Below are positions 28,380 through 45,417 of a DNA stretch of 64,000 bases, piece after piece. A program made the translations under genes and the position numbers. How positions within the stretch are numbered: position 1 is the first letter of the stretch; each line of letters opens with the position of its first letter. The notes beneath the pieces are model-generated. The model saw only the letters and a list, made by a program, of their open reading frames with translations, was not told where the DNA came from and searched no databases. The stretch is from Eledone cirrhosa (Eukaryota). The stretch is taken from assembly GCA_964016885.1 (NCBI GenBank), contig OZ024741.1, forward strand, positions 224,936,001-225,000,000. Direction: 5' to 3'.

Positions 28380-28612
28380 ATACACACACTTAGAAATATA
28401 TGTTCATACACACACACACACACATGTACACACACATATATATATATACACACACAGGTACGTAGACACTCACACATTTTATATATATATATATATATAT
28501 GTATGTATATATATATATATATATACATATACACATACACACATATATATATATATATATATATACACAGGTACGCATACTCACACACACACAGACATAT
28601 ATATATATACAT

Positions 28613-28667
<55 letters not shown>

Positions 28668-28743
28668 TACATATATATATATATAAATACACACGTAAAT
28701 ATATATATATATACATACACACACACACACACAGACACACATG

Positions 28744-28781
<38 letters not shown>

Positions 28782-28857
28782 TAAATATACACGCACACAC
28801 ACACATATATATATATGCACACACACACACACACACACACACATGCACACTATACAC

Positions 28858-28888
<31 letters not shown>

Positions 28889-28922
28889 AATATACACGCA
28901 CACACACACATATATATATATA

Positions 28923-28953
<31 letters not shown>

Positions 28954-29168
28954 GCACACTATACACATATATATATATAGTATATATATATATATAAATA
29001 TACACGCACACACACACATATATATATATGCACACACACACACACACACACACATGCACACTATACACATATATATATATAGTATATATATATATATAAA
29101 TATACACGCACACACACACATATATATATATGCACACACACACACATGCACACTATACACACATATAT

Positions 29169-29199
<31 letters not shown>

Positions 29200-29277
29200 C
29201 ATATACACGCACACACACACATATATATATATGCACACACACACACACACACACACATGCACACTATACACATATAT

Positions 29278-29308
<31 letters not shown>

Positions 29309-29376
29309 AATATACACGCACACACACACATATATATATATATGCACACACACACACACACATGCACACTATACAC

Positions 29377-29407
<31 letters not shown>

Positions 29408-29667
29408 TAAATATACACGCACACACACACATATATATATATGCACACACACACACACACATGCACACTATACACATATATATATATATGTATGTATATA
29501 TATATAAATATACACGCACACACACACATATATATATATGCACACACACACACACACACACACATGCACACTATACACATATATATATATGTATGTATAT
29601 ATATATAAATATACACGCACACACACACATATATATATATGCACACACACACATGCACACTATACAC

Positions 29668-29700
<33 letters not shown>

Positions 29701-29851
29701 AATATACACGCACACACACACATATATATATATATATGCACACACACACACACACACACACACATGCACACTATACACATATATATATGTATGTATATAT
29801 ATATAAATATACACGCACACACACACACACACACACATACATGCACACTAT

Positions 29852-29885
<34 letters not shown>
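28380..29885. repeat. Compound (TA)/(CA) minisatellite with ~90-100-bp higher-order units
   Basis: Recurrent aaatatacacgcacac...catgcacactatacac markers. Confidence 0.85.
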
Positions 29886-29888
<3 letters not shown>

Positions 29889-30916
29889 TTTATACAAAGA
29901 CTCATACACATACAGATTCATCCCCAGCACCCTCCCTCAAACAACAGTAGTGCCATTTGCGCAATCTTACCACTCGCATACACACACAAACACTTATACA
30001 TCATATAGAACCCACCCATGGAAACTGTACCCTCCATTCATTTCTACATTTATGTCGCCATTAGCACCCCCACCCTACACACACCTCACCCGACACTAGA
30101 CGCCTACACTTTAATTAACAATTTATCACGTGAAGCAAGCATTGTGCAGAAGAAGAAGAAGAGTTCAATAAATAACAACAGAGGTACTAATTATGGACAT
30201 CCAGTGGAATGGAATGGATCTCCGTCGATTTCGAGGATGACAATTCCAGTTGTTCGATCAGCGGAACGGACTAGTCATGAAACTAACGGTAAACGGCCGA
30301 GCATTCAACACTACTCTATATATACTATTGTATTTTTGTGGTAATTATCTCACATGATATTAATTATCTCACATAATATTGAATCTATGAGATTTTGATA
30401 TTTATTTTGAGAACAATACCTTAACATCAGTATGAGCGGCCGGTTACAGCTGGTGAGAGAATTCTGGCTGGATACGGTCGGTTTAAATGCTAAAGGGTTA
30501 AGGTAATTAATTCAAGGAGATTCAGCCTGACACTGTGTGTGACAAAGCTGTCCCTTTGAATTACTGGTTCAGTCCGCCTGATGAGCTTCCAAACAGTTTC
30601 CGCCTATCCAATTTCATTCACAGATTATGGCTCAGCACGAGGCTATGGTAAATGACATTTGGTCAAGATATCAAGCAGTGGAACGAACCCGAAACCTAAT
30701 TGTTGTAAAGCGAAGTTCTTAACAATTCGACCATGTTGTTTCCACAGACTACCAGTACATACAAGAGGCCAGGTCACATGAACTGCAAACACCGCCCATG
30801 CAAGCCTGATAATAGGCTTAAGCCTGATGTGAAATACAAACATCTCGCTCAGTCAGGTTATAGTACCAGTCCTGGTGTCAAATGTATCCGTTCTTCACAT
30901 TAAGGTAACAGAACCG

Positions 30917-31114
30917 CAGACCTGATAACTCTCTCCGTCCGACGTGTAGATTTGTAGTAGCCTTTGGGGGTGGGTGAGAGATTCTTCTTTTGTGAAAATG
31001 GGTATAACTTTCATTATGTAAAATCTCCCCATTTTGCCTCATTTCTCCCCGTTTTGGGGGGCACTTTCTTTCATGAACTCCCTTTCTTTCATGACTTAGA
31101 GGTTGGCAAGTCTG
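30917..31114. mobile_element. MITE with 6-bp target-site duplication
   Basis: GAACCG|cagacctgataac...gttggcaagtctg|GAACCG. Confidence 0.8.
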
Positions 31115-31167
31115 GAACCGGCCCAGATGTGAGATGTAGCAAAACTCCCAACCTGGAGAAAAGATCC

Positions 31168-32768
31168 AGGCTAGATGTGAAATGTAGGTAATAGGCACAG
31201 GCTAGATGTGAAATGTAGGTAATAGGCACAGGCTAGATGTGAAATGTAGGTAATAGGCACAGGCTAGATGTGAAATGTAGGTAATAGGCACAGGCTAGAT
31301 GTGAAATGTAGGTAATAGGCACAGGTTAGATGTGAAATGTAGGTAATAGACACAGGCAGGATGTGAAATGTAGGTAATAGGCACAGGCTAGATGTGAAAT
31401 GTAGGTAATAGGCACAGGCAGGATGTGAAATGTAGGTAATAGGCACAGGCTAGATGTGAAATGTAGGTAATAGGCACAGGCAGGATGTGAAATGTAGGTA
31501 ATAGGCAGAGGCTAGATGTGAAATGTAGGTAATAGGCACAGGCTAGATGTGAACTGTAGGTAATAGGCAGAGGCTAGATGTGAAATGTAGGTAATAGGCA
31601 CAGTCTAGATGTGAAATGTAGGTAATAGACACAGGCAGGATGTGAAATGTAGGTAATAGGCACAGGCTAGATGTGAAATGTAGGTAATAGGCACAGGCAG
31701 GATGTGAAATGTAGGTAATAGGCACAGGCAGGATGTGAAATGTAGGTAATAGGCACATGCAGGATGTGAAATGTAGGTAATAGGCACAGGCAGGATGTGA
31801 AATGTAGGTAATAGGCACAGGCTAGATGTGAAATGTAGGTAATAGACACAGACTAGATGTGAAATGTAGATAATAGGCACAGGAAGGATGTGAAATGTAG
31901 GTAATAGGCACAGGCTAGATGTGAAATGTAGGTAATAGGCACAGGCTAGATGTGAAATGTAGGTAATAGGCACAGGCAGGATGTGAAATGTAGGTAATAG
32001 GCATAGGCTAGATGTGAAATGTAGGTAATAGGCACAGGCTAGATGTGAAATGTAGGTAATAGGCACAGGCAGGATGTGAAATGTAGGTAATAGGCACAGA
32101 CTAGATGTGAAATGTAGGTAATAGGCACAGGCAGGATGTGAAATGTAGGTAATAGGCACAGGCTAGATGTGAAATGTAGGTAATAGGCACAGGCTAGATG
32201 TGAAATGTAGGTAATAGGCAGAGGCTAGATGTGAAATGTAGGTAATAGGCACAGGCAGGATGTGAAATGTAGGTAATAGGCACAGGCTAGATGTGAAATG
32301 TGGGTAATAGGCACAGGCAGGATGTGAAATGTAGGTAATAGGCACAGGCTAGATGTGAAATGTAGGTAATAGGCACAGGCAGGATGTTAAATGTAGGTAA
32401 TAGGCACAGGCTAGATGTGAAATGTAGGTAATAGGCACAGGTTAGATGTGAAATGTAGGTAATAGGCACAGGCTAGATGTGAAATGTAGGTAATAGGCAC
32501 AGGTTAGATGTGAAATGTAGGTAATAGGCACAGGCAGGATGTGAAATGTAGGTAATAGGCACAGGCTAGATGTGAAATGTAGGTAATAGGCACAGGCAGG
32601 ATGTGAAATGTAGGTAATAGGCACAGGCTAGATGTGAAATGTAGGTAATAGGCACAGGCTTGATGTGAAATGTAGGTAATAGGCACAGGCAGGATGTGAA
32701 ATGTAGGTAATAGGCACAGGCTAGATGTGAAATGTAGGTAATAGGAACAGGCAGGATGTTAAATGTAG
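31168..32768. repeat. 31-bp satellite, ~52 copies
   Basis: aggc(ta/ag)gatgtgaaatgtaggtaataggcac repeated contiguously without spacers. Confidence 0.95.
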
Positions 32769-32962
32769 AATTTACGAAGAATTTAATTTTTTAAAATGAG
32801 AAGTTGATAAACTGATTAGCGTTAAGGGATTTGCAGTTCCGGTCTATATTCACAAATGCAATCATACTTTTTCTTAATTATAAAGTCTTTTTATTTATTG
32901 TGTGTAAATATATGTTGTTTACATTTGAGTTGTATAAATATATAAATTTTAAAGGTTCGTTG

Positions 32963-33210
32963 GGCTGGTGCTTATCCCAGTTTCATGGCGTGAAGTGACT
33001 GAGAGTACAAGCATTCCTCCAGGTCAGGACGCTAGACCATCGCAGGGGTAATTCCCCAGCTATTGCTGGTACTCATCTACAGCTGAGTATACTGAAGCAA
33101 TGTGAAATGAAACGTTTTGATCGAGAACACAACATCCAATCCAGCCCAGGAATCGAACCAACGACATTATGATCGTAAGTCCAAGACCCTTACCACTAGG
33201 CCACGCACCT
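32963..33210 (-). mobile_element. Second tRNA-derived SINE family (CORE/V-domain-like body)
   Basis: Minus strand starts ggtgcgtggcctagtggtaag (A box)...ggttcgattcct (B box), then cctgcgatggtctagcgtcctgacc. Fragments occur near 10500, 18230, 18470, 30650 and 35150-35350. Confidence 0.75.
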
Positions 33211-33764
33211 CGTATAAATATACTAACAAAAGTTAGTATACTAACTAGTATAAATATAGTAAGAAAAAATACTCCCCTCCGTGTATGTATGTGTGCATGT
33301 TTCATAACAAATGTATGAACAGGAAAACAAAAAATGGTTGACGTACAAATAATTCGAACTTAAACAGACATATGCAGTTTATTTAATTTAATACAACGAC
33401 GTTTAGTCTCTAGAGAATGGTGACCACCCCCTCTTCAACTTAAGCAAAGGTGTGATATTAACCAGCAATAAGCAAAGACGTAATTAAAAGAATCCATCAC
33501 AGCACCTTAGATGAGATTTGAACTTGTACCAATTTTCGAATAAAACAATTGTTTTTTTTTCAATCGACTTTCGACTACTAGAGAGGTTCCATTGTATGAT
33601 GCAGTGTAATGAATCGTTTATAAATAACAGATACAACCTCTTTCGTAACTGGAGAACGATACGAACTTGCAACGATATGTTTGATTTTGATGTTATTTAT
33701 TTTGATACTTAAATTAGATACTGAGATTTGCCGTCATTTTGTCGGCGAGGGTACGCTATATGTC

Positions 33765-33839
<75 letters not shown>

Positions 33840-33864
33840 AGAGATAGATAGATAGAGAGAGAGA

Positions 33865-33963
<99 letters not shown>

Positions 33964-34083
33964 CAATTTGATTTCTAATTTGAATCTAATACCACGTGAT
34001 AAATAATTTCTCATGGCTGACATATTAACACCAGCACTAGACAGACACATATTACGTTATATATATATATATATATATATATA

Positions 34084-34143
<60 letters not shown>

Positions 34144-34286
34144 TGTGTGTGTGTGTAGTTTAAATATGTCATTACATTTTCATCCTTAAACAAATTGAAA
34201 CAACTTCATTTTTTAAATTTCAGAAAGTGAAAGGAAATAATTATTAAAATAAAGAATTGATTATTTTGAAAATTATTTTCTCAAAA

Positions 34287-35115
34287 AGATTGGCAGAATA
34301 GTTAGAGCGTCAGACAAAATTGCAGTATTACTTCCTGGTAATTACGTTTGTGGGTTTACACCTTGCCGATGTCAGCTTTACGTTTCATCCTTCTACGGTT
34401 GATAAAATATAACATCAATCCAGTAGTGACATCGATTGAATTGACTGATCTGTTCATTGTTCCCACGATTTTCCGGTTTTGTCCTTTTCTTAAAAATTAA
34501 GGATGATGGATGCATAGAATTGTTAGGGCGTCAGACAAAATGCGTTTGCCGTATTTCTTCTAGCTCTTTACGATTTGAGTTCAAATCCCACCGACTTCAA
34601 CCTTGTCTTTCATCCTTCTGGGCTGGGGTCAATAAAGCAAAGTACCAGTCAAGTACTGAGGTTGACTTACCGTATTTCCCGGCGTCGAAGACGCTACCTT
34701 TTCTCTAAAATAAGTCTAAAAAATCTACCATGCATCCTGGAGGCCGAAGGTTGTTTATTATTATTTTTCAAATGTTTGGTTTCAAAATTAGGGTGCATTC
34801 TCGACGAGGAAGCGTCTTGGGCGCCGGAGAATACGGTAATTGTCTAATACTGTCATAACATCCAAATTTCTAGTTTGTGTCTACATTAAAAATGAAGTTG
34901 CAACGGATTGGCAGAATTAGTAGAGCGTTGGACAATATGCTTTGCTAGACAGAGTTACGGCTCTTTACGTTCTGAGTTCAAATCCCACCGAGCTTAGCTT
35001 TGCCTTTCATCCACACGGGGTCGATAAAATAATGTACCGGTAACGCACTGGGGTAGATTTAATTAAATGTCGCCTACTCCAAAATTTGTTGGCCTTGTGC
35101 CTAAATCAGAAACCA
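34287..35115 (+). mobile_element. Three co-oriented SINE copies; the middle one is interrupted by a MITE
   Basis: Heads near 34288, 34508 and 34904, each with a ctttcatcc...gataaa body. Further minus-strand copies lie at ~35500-35860. Confidence 0.75.
34670..34836. mobile_element. Tc1/mariner-pogo type MITE with TA target duplication
   Basis: TA|ccgtatttcccggcgtc...ggcgccggagaatacgg|TA. Confidence 0.8.
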
Positions 35116-37969
35116 TATTTCTTTGCAAATTCTGTTTCTGCATGCTCGACTCATCAGACCAGTTCTTATCTCAGTTTCATTGGAGTTAAGCAACCAAGAG
35201 TACAAGACTCTTCTCTGGACGGGGCTCGAGTCTCCATCGCAGTTGGCACTCATTTTTCCAACGTGAAATGGAATGTCTTGCTCAAGAACACAATGCGCTT
35301 CCTGGTCTGGGAATCTAATCACAATCTTACGATCGTGAGACCATCACATTAAATTGTAGCCTATGTACCTTCACTAGGATAGTATAAGGTAAATCTAGTT
35401 TGTAAATTACTGCCAACACACTGCATCTAAACTGCGAATGAATGGTTTCGTACAATGATGGGAGGTGTGTAGCGAATGGAGTCGAGCCCCAGTATATGGC
35501 TGGTATCTTCCTTATTATTTACACCTTGCTGATATCAGCTTTGAGCTTCGTTATTCTTTACCAACCGCCCAGGAGGCATGAACGATAAAGTCTTCCTCAG
35601 AAAGATTTGAACTTACAAGGACGATGGACAAGACTAAAGTTCTGTAATGCAGCATTAATCAATGATTTTTAATTTAGACACAAGGCCAACAATTTGTAGG
35701 AGGGGAAAGCGGTTACGTTGACTCCAATACGTAACTGGTACTTTATTTTATGGACCCAAGAAGGATAAAAGACAACGTTGACCACGGTGGGATTTGAACT
35801 CAGAGCCGGATCAAACACCGTGATGTTATTTTATCTAATGCTCTATCAAGTATTGCAATGCATCAACTTACATCATTAATTAAGGAATTTCGTAACTATA
35901 TACGACGCCCCCCCCCCCCCCAAGAAATATCGAGCCAACGGGGGAACATGTATGTGGTTATCCAAACTCCTAGAAACAGTAGCTAATTCTCTCTCAAATC
36001 AAACCTTACGGTGATAAAAACGATATATTGGATTACCACGAAACAAACAAATAAACACACACATACAAAGAAATGGTAAAGGCTTGAACATTCTTGATTA
36101 TCAAGAGTCTGATCAATCACAGATCGATCTGAAAGTAAAAAACAACAACACTCCCTCCCAAAATTTTGAAAAAAAAAAATCCAGAAAAACATCTTGTTGA
36201 TCTACAATGGAAAACAAACATTTCAGATGTAAACTGTCTTTTTGTATTTATAGAACAACATCATACCTGTTAACTCTCCCAGTCCGACGGGAGATCTTCC
36301 GCCACCGTAGGGTGTGTGTGTGTGTGCGAGAGAGATTCCCCGTTTTGGAGCACTTTAGACCCGTTTGGGGTTTTAGAGGTTGGCAGGTCTGCAATATTGT
36401 TCAACGGAATTTTCCAGTTCTTAAAACCTACCCTTGCCATATTTCTCATGAAAGACACTGACTATTATTTTCAAATAATTTGGAAAATAATCAAGGATTT
36501 CGCAGGATTTATTAATCCAGCAAATGTTTTCCTTATGAGACTGAAGTTTTGAGTATAGCTTAATAAAGATTAATGGAAGAATTGTAGATAAATATAAACA
36601 GCTTTGTATGATAGGAACATTGGTAGTTTTGTGCGGTTTGGTGTCGAAAGGGTTTAAAAAATTATTCTCAAGATAATAGGGTGATTTGGCTTCTAATTCT
36701 AGGAAGTCGGGTGGCTGTATCAAAGAATAATCACCTCCCTACTCCAACCACATTGTGGCGAATCGTAAAATAAATTATATTTATGCGTCGCTGCGTGAAC
36801 AGATGAGGTGAGAGAACGGGAATTCTGGCATTACGAAGAGATTCCATCATTTTCGAAACGTCAGAACCTATTTCCACCTGCCTGCTTGACTGTCTGTCTG
36901 TCTATCTCTTTCCCTCTTTCTCTCACTCTCTCTGGCTCTCTCTTTCTCTCTGGACTTTATCTGTAATTCAAAAGATTCGGCCATATCATATAGTGTCATA
37001 ATCTGATTCGATCTGAGAATTACGTTAGGGAATACACGTGTCAGTAGAATACTCTGCCGCTCACATGTTTATTTCAGTGGTTTGAAGAACTGAATAATGC
37101 TATTCGTCGAAACTGACGGAAGACTAACCACTTCTTAAATAATGAAACGGAAGAGACAATGTGGTCTCTTTAGTGCAGAGTTTAGGGCATAAATTAAACG
37201 AGTCAACAAGGTGGTTGGGGGTGGGAGCGGTATTCTATGCTGTGGTCACTCGACCTGCGAGAATTAACACCTGAATCACCCCCATGATCTCAAAAATAAT
37301 CTTTGTACCCCTTTAAATACTAAACCACCTAAGCACAAAATAATTAGAAAGCATGTTTACATTTGGGTGAGAGACCTGGTGTAAATTAAAAAAACAAATC
37401 TTCCTTGGAGTCAGGGACCTCGTTTGCCTTAAAAATGTGAGGGCGACAAACCAACATTTGTTGATTCTTAAAGGAGCATAAATTGCTTAAGGTGCCTTTC
37501 CCGGACCCTATCACATAAGTAAAATGTTACGTTAATTAAATTTTATATATTCAAATGAAGTTCAGATATAAAAAAATAAGCTTAAAAAGAATTTATTATA
37601 TCAAATAAACAAAAAAATAAAACATAGACGTTTGAAAAAGTGTATGTGTGTGTTTGGTGGTGGTGGTGGTGGGGGTGGGGGGTGACTTGCCCCTGGTACC
37701 CCTCCACCCCGAAACAAAGCCCTTGCTTGGATCAATGTTTCCGAATGTGGGTCACACGGCCTACATTGGACCAATTTGAATATGGGGGAAAGTGGGACAA
37801 TTTTCCTAAATTCTACGCATCCTTTTACATTTTTATAGAGGAAAACATCAAATTGTTTGGGTTTTCGTGGTTCTAACATTAGGATTTGAGATTAGGGAGC
37901 AGTGAGTCGGAGAGAATACCGCAAGGCATTTTATCTGATGCTCTAATGACTCACCACCATAGGAGCTGA

Positions 37970-38180
37970 GCTAGCCAGCCGCAGGTGTGAACCTCGCGAG
38001 TTCGAATGGCTCTTCCAGCGCATCTCCCTTACCACCCTCCGGAGAAACGCCTTCTCCATTCTGTCCGCCGGGGCTATGGGGAGGCCAGCACGTGGGACCC
38101 CATTTGCTCACCATACAGAGAGATGGGGAGGGCGAGGCAGATGGAGGCGATGACAGTGGGAGTTCGGCTATTCCACGTTC
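37970..38180 (+). mobile_element. CRE-like non-LTR retrotransposon 3' fragment
   Basis: Encodes CEPREFEWLFQRISLTTLRRNAFSIL and is homologous to 63710-63910 (reverse strand). Confidence 0.65.
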
Positions 38181-39504
38181 CGACCATATCCTTGTGGTTG
38201 TGTTCATTACCCTAGTGCATTGCTGGTGCTTTATTTTGTTTACTGCATACATACGTCATAAAGGCATACAGTTTGTGGGGTTTTTCGTTTAGACACCACA
38301 GGAATTTGTAAAGTTAGCTATTACAGAGATCTCTATTTTTATTATTTTTATTTTTTTAATTAATATTCTTTTTTATATGAATTAAAATTAAAAAAAAACC
38401 CATTTTGAGCCGCTCCCTGCCTTTTAATACGGTGGCGTGTTTTCGTTAGATATTTGACTGCTATTTCTAGCACGTCGGACAACCAGGTAAAGGTTCGTTT
38501 GTTGACACATTATTGTTGAAGTTTAGCTGTTTCCTACATCCTCATACTTCCTCTAATGGCGTATAATATCATGTAAGACGTTCCAGTCATAACCATCCCG
38601 TCGGTTTTTGAAACATTAGTATGTCTAGCACTATAATAATATAACTAACTTGTCTTTTCGGTAGGGTGTTATTTGAGGGGAATTGGCTGCTATTTTTTGG
38701 CGAGGACAATAGCTACACTAATATAACATACATACAATGTAAGTTCCAGTCATGACCACCCCACCGGTTTTTCAAACATCGTATCCTTCAACAACTACCT
38801 TCCGGTACCCTGCTATATTTTTCAAGTAAAGTACAAGCGCTTGTTGCTTCAGAGTAATGGTGTTGCTACTGTCGTTGCTTTATCAAACAGAAATATGAAC
38901 AAATGCAATCCAGCCGTGACAATCCCACCTCCCCTTCAAATATAGGATACTCATAGCTACATTATCCTACGTTTCCTTCTATCTTCAGACACTAGAATAT
39001 GATTTGAAAGCGATTTGACTGCTATTTCTTGCTGCTCCAGGAGCCACGTATAAACATTCTCTTGGAGGGTTTCATATTTCTGTTTACACCCACCGAACCA
39101 GCCCTTAGTGTCACGTATATATGATATGTATGTGTGTATGTGTGCATATGAGTGTGTGTGTTTGTGTACACGCGAGAGTATCAGTGTGTATGTATGTGGG
39201 TGTAAACTGTATATGTGTATTAGTTCAATTGAATTTACTTAGATAAAGGGTTGATTATTTTTTTTATAACCACATGCATACACATACACACACACTCACA
39301 CACACACGCACGTATATATATATATATATATATACATTCACACATACAAACATCCATACGTACGTACACATATATACATATATGCACATGTATACATACA
39401 TACATGCACGCTTAAGTATATATATATATATATGTATATATATACAAGTACACACATACAGATATACACACATACATACATACACACATACATACATACA
39501 TACA

Positions 39505-39536
<32 letters not shown>

Positions 39537-39598
39537 CATACATACATATATGCATGCATGCACACACGTAACATCGAGTAAATTAAGATTGTTTGTGT

Positions 39599-39651
<53 letters not shown>

Positions 39652-39720
39652 TAGGTATATATGTATAACTGAGTCGATATAGTTTCTTTCAACGTAAAAG
39701 TCACCCTCATTCACACACAG

Positions 39721-39883
<163 letters not shown>

Positions 39884-40318
39884 CAGACACTCACACAAAC
39901 ACACACACAGTAGGCCGGCCCCATAAGCTTTGGAATTTTTTTAAACCTCCGTCCATCGCCAACTTCTGGCATTGAAGCCCCAGGGCGCAGGTATAATACC
40001 CCCCAGTACGGATAAAAAAAAAAAAAAAAAAAAAGAATTTACTCTCTTTTGGGTACCTAGTCTTCAACCTAGTTAGCCTTATGAATAAATAATACAGACC
40101 CCTGCACACATAGCGTCACCTTATCTGTGCGATAGCAAGTCATGAAAGACTGGGTATAAATAGGTGTGGAAAAAGTTGTCAAAATGAATACCAATGCATA
40201 AACTCGCACGTAAACAAGTGGTTCGTCATCACACTTCGTGTAATTTAAGATACATATAAATCAAATAAAATGAAAAACAGAAAAAATACGTTATATAACC
40301 TCCACATTCGCTCAGATT

Positions 40319-41730
40319 TATGTATGTATGTATGTATGTATGTATGTATGTATGTATGTATGTTTGTTTGTATGTATGCATGTATGTTTGTATGTATGTG
40401 TGTATGTATCTATGTATGTATGTATGTATGTATGTATGTATGTATGTATGTATGTATGTATGTATGTATCTATGTATGTATGTATGTATGTATGTATCTA
40501 TGTATGTATGTGTGTATGTATGTGTGTATGTATGTATGTATGTATGTATGTATGTATGTATGTTTGTATGTATGTTTGTATGTATGTATGTATGTATGTA
40601 TGCATGTATGTATGTATGTATGTATGTATGTATGCATGTATGTATGTATGTATGTATGTATGTTTGTATGTTTGTATGTATGTATGTATGTATGTATGTA
40701 TGTATGTATGTATGTATGTATCTATGTATGTATGTTTGTATGTATGTATGTATGTTTGTATGTATGTATGTTTGTATGTTTGTATGTATGTATGTATCTA
40801 TGTATGTATGTATGTATGTATGTATGTATATATGTATCTATGTATGTATGTGTGTATGTATGTGTGTATCTATGTATGTATGTATGTATGTATGTATGTA
40901 TGTATGTATGTATGTTTGCATGTATGTTTGTATGTATCTATGTATGTATGTATGCATGTATGTATGTTTGTATGTATGCATGTATGTTTGTATGTATGTG
41001 TGTATGTATCTATGTATGTATGTATGTATGTATGTATGTATGTATGTATGTATGTATGTATGTATGTATGTATGCATGTATGTATGTATGTATGTGTGTA
41101 TGTATGTATGTATGTTTGTATGTATGTATGTATGTATGTATGTATGTATGTATGTATGTATGTATGTATGTATGTGTGTATGTTTGTATGTATGTTTGTA
41201 TGTTTGTTTGTGTGTATGTATGTTTGTATGTATGTATGTATGTATGTATGTATGTATGTATGTATGTTTGTATGTATGTATGTATGTATGTATGTTTGTA
41301 TGTATGTATGTATGTATCTATGTATGCATGTATGTATGTATGCATGTATGTATGTTTGTATGTATGTATGTATGTATGTATGTATGTATGTGTGTATGTT
41401 TGTATGTATGTTTGTATGTTTGTATGTATGTATGTATGTATGTATGTATGTTTGTATGTATGTATGTATGTATCTATGTATGCATGTATGCATGTATGTA
41501 TGTATGCATGTATGCATGTATGTATGTATGCATGTATGTATGTATGTATGTATCTATGTATGTATGTATGTATGTATGTTTGTATGTATGTATGTATGCA
41601 TGTATGTATGTATGTATGTATGTATCTATGTATGTATGTATGTATGTATGTATGTTTGTATGCATGTATGTATGTATGCATGTATGTATGTATGTATGTA
41701 TGTTTGTATGTATGTATGTATGTATGTGTA
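40319..41730. repeat. 1.4-kb degenerate (TATG)n
   Basis: Read directly. Confidence 0.95.
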
Positions 41731-41876
41731 TCCCAGGTTCAATCGGGGGGAGGGGGAGGGGGTAATCACAGTAAGTAAGGTACTCAATGCATAGCAGAGT
41801 ATAAATATTTGATATAGAAATGGCCTCAACAGGACTAGGGGCTGCCTGATGTTTTCACCCGAATGAAACAGTTCTA

Positions 41877-41971
<95 letters not shown>

Positions 41972-42082
41972 AATTTAGAAGAAACAAGGGACTGCGTGAT
42001 TACTTGATAAATTGTATTTAGAAAAGAAAGGAAAGCACAAACAAGGGACAGGTCTCCTCTTCAGCTGTCTGCTGGCGGTCTC

Positions 42083-42129
<47 letters not shown>

Positions 42130-42329
42130 CACATACGCACGCACACACATATATAAATATATATACATATACATATACATTTTTTCTGTCTGAGGAGTCG
42201 ATCATTCATCGAAGAAACGCCTGTTTTCACATTGGGTTACTGGATCAGCCAAAATAAACTAACTATATATATATATATATATATGTGTGTATGTGTGTGT
42301 GTGTTTGTGTGTGTGTGTATATATAGATG

Positions 42330-42372
<43 letters not shown>

Positions 42373-42555
42373 ATATATAGGAAAAAGTATGACCCCGACG
42401 GCAGAGCTCAAGCCGTCGGGGTCATACTTTTTCCTATTTCCCACTCTACTACCCTAAGTATTGAGTACTCTGGTGCGTTATCGTCCATTTGGTTCCTTAC
42501 CACAATTCCTTTGTTATGTATACATATACATATATATATACATATATATATACAG

Positions 42556-42586
<31 letters not shown>

Positions 42587-42724
42587 TGTATGTATGTATG
42601 TATGTATGTATGTATGTATGTATGTATGCATGAATATATATATGTATGCACGCTTGCATATATGTATGTATGCATGTACGTATGTATGTATGTATGTATG
42701 TATTTACGTACGCATTTATGTATG

Positions 42725-42811
<87 letters not shown>

Positions 42812-43139
42812 CACACGCAAATATATACATGTATACATTTCCATTGAACGTATATCATTATCGTTATTATTATTATTATCATATTATTATCATTAATATT
42901 AATAGGTTGAACCTACTACTTACCCGTGGCTCGAACCCGGGACTGCTGAAGGTCCGTAAAGAGCAAGAATAGGGTAAGCAGCAACAGTACTAGCATTGCT
43001 GCACAGATGTGTATTTTAAATGTCCTTTTCCATCATCATACATGGGGTAAAGTCACCTGAGATGAAGAAGGGTTGACGATAGAACCGGAGACAACCACAG
43101 GCCTCGCGTTCTGTCTATCTCTATCTCGCTTCTCATTCA

Positions 43140-45007
<1,868 letters not shown>

Positions 45008-45008
<1 letters not shown>

Positions 45009-45191
45009 ACGAAGGAAATGTGGTAAGGAACCAGGTGGACCATAACGCACCAAAGTACTCAATACTTGGGGTAGTAGAGTGGGTAATAGGAACCAGTAAG
45101 ACCCCGACGGCTGAGCTCAAGCCGTTTCGACGGCTAATTCTGAATTAGCCGTCGAAACGGCTTGAGCTCAGCCGTCGGGGTCTTACTGGTT

Positions 45192-45196
<5 letters not shown>
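45008..45196. mobile_element. Family H4 fold-back copy with ~110-bp palindrome (45086-45196)
   Basis: ggaaccagtaagaccccgacggctgagctcaagccgtttcgacggctaattc|t|gaattagccgtcgaaacggcttgagctcagccgtcggggtcttactggttcc, with (TA)n on both sides. Confidence 0.85.
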
Positions 45197-45258
<62 letters not shown>

Positions 45259-45369
45259 ATGTATGTATGAATGAATGTACGTGTGTATGTATATATATTT
45301 ATATATATATATTTATTTATTTATTTAGACACACATACACACATACATAGACTGAGGCAACACACACAC

Positions 45370-45417
<48 letters not shown>

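Noticed and set aside
31168-32768. CRISPR-like periodicity of 31-bp repeats
   Set aside because: Units are contiguous with no unique spacers, there are no cas genes, and the context is eukaryotic.
38440-39070. Recurrent ttggctgctatttctagc motif (also 10752, 62792, 63096)
   Set aside because: It is an old interspersed repeat, but its boundaries and class could not be defined by eye.
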